A stretch of DNA of 35,064 nucleotides. Origin: Nemertoderma westbladi (lineage: Eukaryota > Animalia > Xenacoelomorpha). Of this stretch, positions 24,801 to 35,064 are shown piece after piece. The notes under the pieces were generated by a model. It was not told the origin of the DNA. It did no database searches and saw nothing but the letters and a program-made list of their open reading frames with translations. Position 1 is the first letter of the stretch. Every line of letters begins with the position of its first letter. The stretch spans positions 1 through 35,064 of the forward strand of contig JAUCBJ010007672.1 of NCBI GenBank assembly GCA_032718475.1, in the 5' to 3' direction. Made by a program: the position numbers and the translations under genes.

Positions 24801-27800
24801 CAAACTAAACCTCCCATAATACAGCACTACACAGTAGCAAACTAAACCCCCCATAATACAGCAGCACTACACAGTAGCAAACTAAACCTCCCATAATACA
24901 GCAGCACTACACAGTAGCAAACTAAACCTCCCATAATACAGCACTACACAGTAGCAAACTAAACCTCCCATAATACAGCACTATACAGTAGCAAACAAAA
25001 CCTCCCATAATACAGCAGCACTACACAGTAGCAAACTAAACCTCCCATAATACAGCAGCACTACACAGTAGCAAACTAAACCTCCCATAATACAGCACTA
25101 CACAGTAGCAAACTAAACATTCCATAATACAGCACTACACAGTAGCAAACTAAACTTCCCATAATACAGCACTACACAGTAGCAAACTAAACCTCCCATA
25201 ATACAGCAGCACTACACAGTAGCAAACTAAACCTCCCATAATACAGCACTACACAGTAGCAAACTAAACCTCCCGCCCATTATACAGCACTACACAGTAG
25301 CAAACAAAACCTCCCATAATACAGCAGCACTACACAGTAGCAAACTAAACCTCCCATAATACAGCAGCAGTACACAGTAGCAAACTAAACCTCCCATAAT
25401 ACAGCAGCACTACACAGTAGCAAACTAAACCTCCCATAATACAGCACTACACAGTAGCAAACAAAACCTCCCATAATACAGCAGCACTACACAGTAGCAA
25501 ACTAAACCTCCCATAATACAGCAGCACTACACAGTAGCAAACTAAACCTCCCATAATACAGCACTACACAGTAGCAAACTAAACCTCCCATAATACAGCA
25601 CTACACAGTAGCAAACTAAACCTCCCATAATACAGCACTACACAGTAGCAAACAAAACCTCCCATAATACAGCAGCACTACACAGTAGCAAACTAAACCT
25701 CCCATAATACAGCAGCACTACACAGTAGCAAACTAAACCTCCCATAATACAGCACTACACAGTAGCAAACTAAACCTCCCATAATACAGCACTACACAGT
25801 AGCAAACTAAACATTCCATAATACAGCACTACACTGTAGCAAACTAAACCTCCCATAATACAGCACTACACAGTAGCAAACTAAACCTCCCACCCATTAT
25901 ACAGCACTACACAGTAGCAAACTAAACCTCCCATAATACAGCACTACACAGTAGCAAACTAAACCTTCCGCCCATTATACAGCACTACACAGTAGCAAAC
26001 TAAACCTCCCATAATACAGCACTACACAGTAGCAAACTAAACCTCCCATAATACAGCACTACACAGTAGCAAACTAAACCTCCCATAATACAGCACTACA
26101 CAGTAGCAAACTAAACCTCCCATAATACAGCACTACACAGTAGCAAACTAAACCTCCCATAATACAGCACTACACAGTAGCAAACTAAACCTCCCGCCCA
26201 TTATACAGCACTACACAGTAGCAAACTAAACCTCCCATAATACATAGCAGCACTACACAGTAGCAAACTAAACCTCCCATAATACAGCACTACACTGTAG
26301 CAAACTAAACCTCCCGCCCATTATACAGCACTACACAGTAGCAAACTAAACCTCCCATAATACAGCAGCACTACACAGTAGCAAACTAAACCTCCCATAA
26401 TACTGCACTACACAGTAGCAAACTAAACCTCCCATAATACAGCACTACACAGTAGCAAACTAAACCTCCCATAATACAGCACTACACAGTAGCAAACTAA
26501 ACCTCCCATAATACAGCAGCACTACACAGTAGCAAACTAAACCTCCCATAATACAGCAGCACTACACAGTAGCAAACTAAACCTCCCGCCCATTATACAG
26601 CACTACACAGTAGCAAACTAAACCTCCCATAATACAGCACTACACAGTAGCAAACTAAACCTCCCGCCCATTATACAGCACTACACAGTAGCAAACTAAA
26701 CCTCCCATAATACAGCACTACACAGTAGCAAACTAAACCTCCCATAATACAGCACTACACAGTAGCAAACTAAACCTCCCATAATACAGCAGCACTACAC
26801 AGTAGCAAACTGAACCTCCCATAATACAGCACTACACAGTAGCAAACTAAACCTCCCATAATACAGCAGCACTACACAGTAGCAAACTAAACCTCCCATA
26901 ATACAGCACTACACAGTAGCAAACTAAACCTCCCATAATACAGCACTACACAGTAGCAAACTAAACCTCCCATAATACAGCACTACACAGTAGCAAACTA
27001 AACCTCCCATAATACAGCACTACACAGTAGCAAACTAAACCTCCCGCCCATTATACAGCACTACACTGTAGCAAACTAAACCTCCCATAATACAGCACTA
27101 CACAGTAGCAAACTAAACCTCCCATAATACAGCACTACACAGTAGCAAACTAAACCTCCCGCCCATTATACAGCACTACACAGTAGCAAACTAAACCTCC
27201 CATAATACAGCACTACACAGTAGCAAACTAAACCTCCCATAATACAGCAGCACTACACAGTAGCAAACTAAACCTCCCATAATACAGCAGCACTACACAG
27301 TAGCAAACTAAACCTCCCATAATACAGCACTACACAGTAGCAAACTAAACCTCCCATAATACAGCACTATACAGTAGCAAACAAAACCTCCCATAATACA
27401 GCAGCACTACACAGTAGCAAACTAAACCTCCCATAATACAGCAGCACTACACAGTAGCAAACTAAACCTCCCATAATACAGCACTACACAGTAGCAAACT
27501 AAACATTCCATAATACAGCACTACACAGTAGCAAACTAAACTTCCCATAATACAGCACTACACAGTAGCAAACTAAACCTCCCATAATACAGCAGCACTA
27601 CACAGTAGCAAACTAAACCTCCCATAATACAGCACTACACAGTAGCAAACTAAACCTCCCGCCCATTATACAGCACTACACAGTAGCAAACAAAACCTCC
27701 CATAATACAGCAGCACTACACAGTAGCAAACTAAACCTCCCATAATACAGCAGCAGTACACAGTAGCAAACTAAACCTCCCATAATACAGCAGCACTACA

Positions 27801-29230
27801 CAGTAGCAAACTAAACCTCCCATAATACAGCACTACACAGTAGCAAACAAAACCTCCCATAATACAGCAGCACTACACAGTAGCAAACTAAACCTCCCAT
27901 AATACAGCAGCACTACACAGTAGCAAACTAAACCTCCCATAATACAGCACTACACAGTAGCAAACTAAACCTCCCATAATACAGCACTACACAGTAGCAA
28001 ACTAAACCTCCCATAATACAGCACTACACAGTAGCAAACAAAACCTCCCATAATACAGCAGCACTACACAGTAGCAAACTAAACCTCCCATAATACAGCA
28101 GCACTACACAGTAGCAAACTAAACCTCCCATAATACAGCACTACACAGTAGCAAACTAAACCTCCCATAATACAGCACTACACAGTAGCAAACTAAACAT
28201 TCCATAATACAGCACTACACTGTAGCAAACTAAACCTCCCATAATACAGCACTACACAGTAGCAAACTAAACCTCCCACCCATTATACAGCACTACACAG
28301 TAGCAAACTAAACCTCCCATAATACAGCACTACACAGTAGCAAACTAAACCTTCCGCCCATTATACAGCACTACACAGTAGCAAACTAAACCTCCCATAA
28401 TACAGCACTACACAGTAGCAAACTAAACCTCCCATAATACAGCACTACACAGTAGCAAACTAAACCTCCCATAATACAGCACTACACAGTAGCAAACTAA
28501 ACCTCCCATAATACAGCACTACACAGTAGCAAACTAAACCTCCCATAATACAGCACTACACAGTAGCAAACTAAACCTCCCATAATACAGCACTACACAG
28601 TAGCAAACTAAACCTCCCATAATACAGCACTACACAGTAGCAAACTAAACCTCCCATAATACAGCACTACACAGTAGCAAACAAAACCTCCCATAATACA
28701 GCACTACACAGTAGCAAACTAAACCTCCCATAATACAGCACTACACAGTAGCAAACTAAACCTCCCGCCCATTATACAGCACTACACAGTAGCAAACTAA
28801 ACCTCCCATAATACAGCAGCACTACACAGTAGCAAACTAAACCTCCCGCCCATTATACAGCACTACACAGTAGCAAACTAAACCTCCCATAATACAGCAC
28901 TACACAGTAGCAAACTAAACCTCCCATAATACAGCACTACACAGTAGCAAACTAAACCTCCCTCCCATTATACAGCACTACACAGTAGCAAACTAAACCT
29001 CCCGCCCATTATACAGCACTACACAGTAGCAAACTAAACCTCCCATAATACAGCACTACACAGTAGCAAACTAAACCTCCCATAATACAGCACTACACAG
29101 TAGCAAACTAAACCTCCCTCCCATAATACAGCACTACACAGTAGCAAACTAAACCTCCCTCCCATTATACAGCACTACACAGTAGCAAACTAAACCTCCC
29201 ATAATACAGCAGCACTACACAGTAGCAAAC
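18849..29230. repeat. Intronic satellite, 37-bp unit (GCAAACTAAACCTCCCATAATACAGCACTACACAGTA) with 40-bp (+CAG) and 41-bp (+GCCC) variants, ~10.4 kb, roughly 270 copies
   Basis: Seen directly: CCTCCC recurs at 19441 and 19478. Very homogeneous and strongly A/C-rich on the plus strand. Confidence 0.98.
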
Positions 29231-29726
29231 AAATGTCGAATGCTTTTCAAGTAAATGTTTAGTAAACCAAAATAAACTTATTAAACTAATTAAACTTGGA
29301 ACTTTATTATCCCCAGGTATTCAGGTTGGCAACAATAACGTTATGTTATATAACTTATAAAATTATAATTATTATTTATTGGACTAAGTAAACAGATTCA
29401 TAAATACCATTCAAAACGTTTTCACTTTGCATCTATTACATTTTTTGTTTCAATTTTGACAGTCAGAGACTCAGAGACTAATATTCAAAGATAACAATGG
29501 CGATATGATTATTTCCAACATTAGTTAGTGTCTAGTAACTGCAGTTAGATTTTCTTTTTCGCCATTATCTCATAATGTGACTCATTACTGATATTGTCGC
29601 CAGTGTTTTTAAACAAATATTGCGCAGCATCCTGAAATATTATAAGTAAGAGTTCAAGGATCTAATTTAATTCAAACATTTTGTTTCTAACACCACTTTA
29701 ACTTATAATCAATTGCATAAAAATAG

Positions 29727-30673
29727 CGAATAATGGCGCAGTTGCAAAACGAACTGGTTTATATTTCCTGAAAGTTCATAAATGCGCCAGTGAGTCCCTC
29801 AGCTCTGTGGTGGCGTGGTACGGAATAAAAAACAATATGAGTATAGCGATCCCAAAACGAGGTGATCTCTATTGGCCACAGAGTTTCATTCCGGAGAGTT
29901 TGTTACAAGAAAGTTACGAGCCCATAGAGGTGTTATTCTTCCACACTACCTTCAATGCTACCACTGTAGAAGAGGTTATGGTAGAAGGTTCTAAAAAGAT
30001 TGCTATAATTCGAGATGCTGTATCGCAAACAATATCTTACATAGACCAATTATGTTACGTTCTGACTCCATGTGAAGACATGCGGAGAGATGGTTTGAAT
30101 CCTGTGGAAGAATACATTAAAAATCCTGATATATTTACCATAAGTTGGTCAACGAAAAATCAAACGATGAGAAATTCTATGTTGTTCGATTTTGGTTTTG
30201 AGATGAATGGAAATGAAGAATTGGAACAGATAGAATCGGCTATTAGATACATTGAGAACCAGTTTGATTTGATTCTCATTCAAGAACATTTCAATGAATC
30301 TCTGATAATTCTAAAAGATTTAATGAATTGGGATTACAGTGATATTATTTATATGCCAATAAATCAAAGGACAAATAAAGTTAATACCACTGATCTTCAA
30401 AAAGAACAAATTGCCGAGTTGAGTAAAGCTGACGGGATGATGTACAGATATTTCCTCGATAAATTTAACCAGAGAGTTGATAATTATGGTAGGGACAGGA
30501 TGGAGGACGACGTTGCACGTTTTGTACATGTCCAGGACAATTTCGCCAGGAATTGTCCTCCTTCTGGTTTCTTTGCTGAATTGGAACCAATGGAACTCTA
30601 TGATCAATGTAAAGTCCTACAGACTTGGAATCCGTCGGTGCTGAACTTATTACGTTTCAATCATGGGGAGTAG
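29727..30673 (+). CDS. GAL3ST: Galactose-3-O-sulfotransferase family protein, terminal catalytic exon
   Basis: The frame of ORF 29807..30673 extends upstream as NNGAVAKRTGLYFLKVHKCASES (5'-PSB PAPS-binding motif). It also has IIRDAVSQTIS (3'-PB), NSMLFDFG and FDLILIQEHFNESLIILKDLMNW. Start placed at the first AG (29725-29726) after a CTAAC branch-like site; an alternative start is 29742. Confidence 0.88.
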
Positions 30674-30906
30674 TAATGAACTACTGGAAACTTTAATCTT
30701 TGAACTTCGACCAGAGAAGATCTTAATTTCTAGAACACTGTTCGACTGAACTATTGTATACTTTATTATCGGTGTAGAAGTAGTTGAGGGTTAGAGTTGC
30801 TAGAAAAATGAATTGTAAATTAAATAACCGAGTTTCCCCATAGATATAGAAATCAACTTTATCCCGATATCTCAATAAGTTGGTATATGTAACGTTCCAT
30901 AAACAT

Positions 30907-32086
30907 ATAGTAGTATCGGCAGTATCGGCATGCTGCATTGCAGCTGCATTCTTAAGAATGCTGTGCCGGCTTGTCGACAAAATTGCGCCGCCACAACTCC
31001 CTATCACCCCTGACATTTGCTAGATCATCCGCATCTTCAAGGCCAGTGTCCTTTAAGATGCGTCTCAAGAAATTCATGGGCTTTCCACCATGCTTATTCA
31101 CTCCATGAGGCTGCCTAAGTACAAGATTATGCACTGGCTGGTGCTCACGGCGAAAGCAATGTCCTGCAAAGCGGAGGCGATTTTGTTCTAGTGTCAAGCT
31201 TGGGGGAACCAATGAGACACCTCCAATGTTATATAGTGTCTGGTTGGAGATTTGTGCATTGTTCTTGACACAATGAACCCGGCGTAGCATTCTTGTGAAT
31301 GTGCCATCCAGAGATTTGGTGTCCTCAGCAGTTAGAGCCCAGCATGGACTCCCATAGAGGAGTACTGGAACTACTGCTGCTCTAAACAATCGGACCTTAA
31401 GTTTCCGATTAATTCTCGGTGACTTCCAAATCCTGGAAAGCCTATTCAAGGCTGTGCATGCCTTTCCCTTAACGTATTTGAAGGTCCTCACCTGACTTCC
31501 GGGTCCATGATCCCAGGTAACAGAAGTCGTCCATATGCTCAAGCATACCATCCTTTGAGCTTATGCTCATCCGATCAGAGACTTGCTGAGAACTTGCAAA
31601 AGTTAACTGTTAAAATTTTGTTTCGGTCTTTCTGGAGTTAATAAAAAGACCAACACTAAAAGCAGCATGTTCTAATGAGCTGAGGAGCCGGTGGGCTCCC
31701 TCTAGTGATTCTGAGAGTACTCCTAAGCCATCAGCAAACTCTAGATCAGTTAGGTACTTGGCAGGATTTCCTCGACTTCTGGAGCCAGTAGGTGGAGTTA
31801 TCATCACCCCATCATCATTATGATGATCTAAGGACATGCGTAGAACATAGTCAACCACAATTATGAACAAGAATGGTGCAAGTGTGTCTCCTTGGAGGAC
31901 GCCCCATAACACTTCAAATGGTTCTGTGTCACCGTCAACAGTAGACACAAATGTTGTCGAACCATCGTATACTGATCTGATTGCTGCAATAATTTCATCT
32001 GGAATCCCATATAATGAAAGTATGCTGAACATACGTGAGCGGGAGACTGAATCAAAGGCCTTGAAGAAGTCAACAAAGATAACAGC
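30907..32086 (-). mobile_element. 5'-truncated RTE-clade LINE (RT core to 3' end)
   Basis: IFVDFFKAFDSV, GVLQGDTLAPFLFIIVVDYVLR, DLEFADG, KLKVRLFRAAVVPVLLYG and RLRFAGHCFR. The 3' tail is GCCGATACTGCCGATACTACT. The frame is broken near 31550-31610. Confidence 0.92.
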
Positions 32087-32148
32087 ATAAACATATAATT
32101 GTTTAACACAGTTCATATAAATACACCACTACCAGAGAAAGCAGTTTG

Positions 32149-32475
32149 TAGAAAACCCTAAAACCTAATATTAAAGTCTGTTCCTATAGAAAACTCTAAA
32201 ACCTAATATTAAAGTCTGTTCCTATAGAAAACCCTAAAACCTAATATTAAAGTCTGTTCCTATAGAAAACCCTAAAACCTAATATTAAAGTCTGTTCCTA
32301 TAGAAAACCCTAAAACCTAATATTAAAGTCTGTTCCTATAGAAAACCCTAAAACCTAATATTAAAGTCTGTTCCTATAGAAAACCCTAAAACCTAATATT
32401 AAAGTCTGTTCCTATAGAAAACCCTAAAACCTAATATTAAAGTCTGTTCCTATAGAAAACCCTAAAGCCTAATAT
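32149..32475. repeat. Minisatellite, 38-bp unit (AGAAAACCCTAAAACCTAATATTAAAGTCTGTTCCTAT), ~8.5 copies
   Basis: CCTAT recurs at 32221 and 32259. Confidence 0.95.
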
Positions 32476-32817
32476 GAAGATTTTTCCTGTCTCGGTCATT
32501 ATGATAGCAGTTTATTAGTATGGCCCACTACAGCACTGTCAGACATCCTGCTCCTTGAGTTTACCTTTCAGTCCCAGCATTCAATTACATCATCACTTTC
32601 CCTTTTTTCCAATATGACCAACATCATGATCGTTGAGCCGTGGAGGTTGATGTGTATAGGTCGTCTATAGCGCGATTTCCAATTGTTATGACTCATATTA
32701 TTGTCCCGGCTGCCAACAGATTGCTCCGGCTCAGCCCTTGTCGAATGTTGTATCTGGGAACAGGCATCATCATGGGAATCAATGGTATGTGACACATTTT
32801 CTACGATTTTAACCTTA

Positions 32818-33010
32818 TGACCTAGGTATTTTAATTTCTCCACAATTTCAAGAGGCAAACCATCTAGAACAACAGTTGGTCGCAACTTAACATTCAAGAT
32901 TTTAGAGTAAAAATAGATACACTTGGATTTCTTCCAGTTAGGTAACTCAGAATGATTCTGAGCATATCAATTAACATATCAATAGCAACATCAATTAGGC
33001 GCTGAAGCGC
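32818..33010 (-). mobile_element. LINE RT C-terminal fragment (CR1/L2 group)
   Basis: ALQRLIDVA...KSKCIYF...VVLDGLPLEIVEKLKYLGH, across frameshifts. Confidence 0.65.
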
Positions 33011-33091
33011 ATGAATAAAATTAGAAATAATGTACAAATCATTTGCATAGCTAAAATGAGCTTAAGGCGTACATTATCCAGACAGCAACCT

Positions 33092-33362
33092 ATGTCAGAG
33101 AGCATTAAGACCAATCGTGCCAGTGGAATAGATGGTGTTACCCCTGAGGTCTTTAAAATACTCATCTATCCCATCATAGTAGACATGTACCGAACAACAA
33201 GAGTCCCACAAGAAATGAAAACAAATAAGTTGGTGCCAGTTCCCAAGAAGGGCAACCTAACACTATGGTTCTTTTCGGGGAATCTCATTGATTTTGATTG
33301 CTGCAAAGCTATACAATAGAATTCTATTAAATCGCATCAGGGATCCCATTGAGAGACTGCTC
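33092..33362 (+). mobile_element. RTE-clade LINE internal fragment
   Basis: SIKTNRASGIDGVTPEVFK...DMYRTTRVPQEMKTNKLVPVPKKGNL...RIRDPIE matches 13590-13860 on the opposite strand. Confidence 0.85.
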
Positions 33363-33465
33363 CAACTAACGAGCTGACACGCCGTCTTCAGGGAGTGGAG
33401 TTTCATAATGAATGTTATTGTAAATTCTGGGATCTACGTTCCCTTGTACTAATAAAAACGCTTTG

Positions 33466-33507
33466 TTTCCGATCGATTTCTGGCACTAAGGCCCTTCTTC
33501 AGGGAAA
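33466..33507 (-). ncRNA. Minimal type I hammerhead ribozyme motif (Penelope-associated type)
   Basis: Minus strand reads TTTCC-CTGAAGA-AGGGCCTTAGTGCCA-GAAA-TCGA-TC-GGAAA. It has stem I TTTCC/GGAAA, cores CUGAAGA and GAAA, stem II GGC/GCC, a palindromic TCGA loop III and a UC cleavage site. Confidence 0.7.
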
Positions 33508-34318
33508 TAATATAATAAATGAAATATTACATAATACTGCAATGAAAAGATAGACCTAATATTTATAGTGCTAATTTAAATTTCAGGGGTCCTACGCGCT
33601 ACGGTACATTGCACGTGCCGTGCACAATTTGGAAGGTATAAAACTGATAAATGCAATAATGGTACCGGTATAATAGGCCTACGATTTTTTAAAAACCACA
33701 AAGAAATTCGAAAAATAGGATAAGGCGCAATAATTATTGTAGAGTAATATATGAAAAATTTTTTAACCTGAAATAAAAACTACTATAGTCAAAAACAAAT
33801 AAAGCCGGCGCATGAAACTGAAATGTACAGCTGCACCAACTAATTATTAATCTGTAAATGAGTACTTAATTTTTTTTAAAATAATCATTAAATAATAATA
33901 TTATTATTGCACCAGTGGTAGAATAATATTCTGGAACTGCTCTCCCAATGAAAAAATTAAATGCCATTAAACAAGCCCATTGACTAACGAAAATAATGTT
34001 GTACAGTAGAAGTGGGATAAAAACTCACTTAAGTAGTTAATTGAATTTATTGTGAATTATTCCAAAATACAGTATAAGTGAAAAATATAAAGTGCTATTA
34101 AACAACCCATTGCATTGGCCAGCCCATTGATTACCAAATAATATAAAACAGTTGACAAAATAAAACGGCAAATAATATTTTACATATTTAGTAAGTAAAA
34201 CTCAAGAGATCCATAAAATAAAGCTACAGTACTAATTATTTATTTGTACCGAAAATTCATTATTGTAGTAGACACAGCTATTATGACTATCACCAGCATT
34301 TAAATGTGGGGGATTACT

Positions 34319-34440
34319 TTATTTAGAGGGGGGTCTAAATCGGTTAATGTACACGGCCTCACCATGAATACGCTCCTTATCGGTTCGGTATTTCCGAAAA
34401 ATGGTCACTCGCAAGTCACTAAGTTCACACTGGCGAAATT
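34319..34440 (-). mobile_element. GIY-YIG endonuclease C-terminal remnant, probably from a Penelope-like retroelement
   Basis: EQFRQCELSDLRVTIFRKYRTDKERIHGEAVYINRFRPP. Removing one C from the C6 run restores RPPLNKV, which fits the R...E..YI....P.LN end of GIY-YIG domains. The N-terminal GIY/YIG motifs are not seen. Confidence 0.55.
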
Positions 34441-34507
34441 GTTCAACCAGGAGGTATTCTGTGTGGTCGTCGTAATCAGGAACGGCCTGCGCTCTAAAGT
34501 TCTTTAT

Positions 34508-35015
34508 TGTGGGGCGAGCCACGAAGTTGGCGGAGCCTTAGCGAATTGACACTGTTAGGGGGTGGGTCAATTTATGCAAATAGTTGTCGTCGTCGTCGTC
34601 GTCGTCGTTGTCGTCGTCGTCGTTGTCGTCGTCGTTACGATTTTGACATGCTAATAACTTTGTCGGATTTAAAGCTGCCAAGTTGAAAATTTGTAGGTAT
34701 CAATATGAGCAAAAGTTGAGATTTTTGAGAGACTTTCAGACACCATCAGTGCAATGGTCTCCCGCTAGAGGGCCACATGTCTAAACATTAAATGCCCTCC
34801 CATTTCTTTGCTTTTAATCCGTTTAAGCTGAAACTTGGCAGATATGTATTAGACCATTAGCTGTGACTTTCAAAGGAGGCGAATCCATCTGCAGTTCTCC
34901 AGTCTGCCGCTAGAGGGCCAACGTGACTATTTGCATAAATTGACCTACCCCCTAACAGTGTCAATTCGCTAAGGCTCTGCCAACTTCGTGCTGCGCGAAG
35001 TCCCCACTTCGTGTT
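34508..35015 (+). mobile_element. Non-autonomous Helentron/HINE-like element, copy 2
   Basis: Same sequence as 4509-5052 apart from a shorter (GTC)n tract and two substitutions that I could see (TTTCAGACACCATCAG versus TTTCATACACCATTAG). The flanks differ. Confidence 0.85.
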
Positions 35016-35064
35016 ACTCTATGTTTGTTCATACGTTCTCTAAGACTCTGCTCAGTCTGTTCTA

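Noticed and set aside
29733-29770. ATG at 29733 as the sulfotransferase start
   Set aside because: It is out of frame with the catalytic domain and stops after a few codons. The GTG start at 29807 in the ORF track would omit the PAPS-binding motif.
30320-32109. Antisense or alternate-frame ORFs (30320..30607, 30723..31016, 31861..32109, 31863..32090)
   Set aside because: They are shadows of the sulfotransferase exon and the RTE element, with no independent motifs.

Overview
AT-rich, repeat-dense eukaryotic DNA, most likely from an invertebrate animal. It is not prokaryotic and has no CRISPR array. Two spliced Golgi glycosylation genes sit head-to-head. A polypeptide GalNAc-transferase (GALNT1/13-like) is on the minus strand, with five phase-compatible coding exons from 12998 down to 3380; the rest lies left of the window. 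A galactose-3-O-sulfotransferase (GAL3ST-like) is on the plus strand, with a TM exon at 18597-18795 and a catalytic exon at ~29727-30673, separated by an intron holding a ~10.4 kb 37-bp satellite. About 45% of the window is tandem repeat (seven arrays, units 31-52 bp). The remainder includes decayed retroelements (RTE, CR1/L2-group, CRE-like, Ty3/Gypsy, Penelope-like), a TIR MITE with a 4-bp TSD, and two near-identical Helentron/HINE-like elements. The most notable observations are a minisatellite that copies a GALNT splice donor six times, a minimal hammerhead ribozyme next to a GIY-YIG remnant, the young HINE-like element with 65-bp subterminal inverted repeats and CTCF-like motifs, and a 2386-bp duplication inside the satellite. 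I found no convincing wholly new biological system. All calls are by eye, with no database searches.
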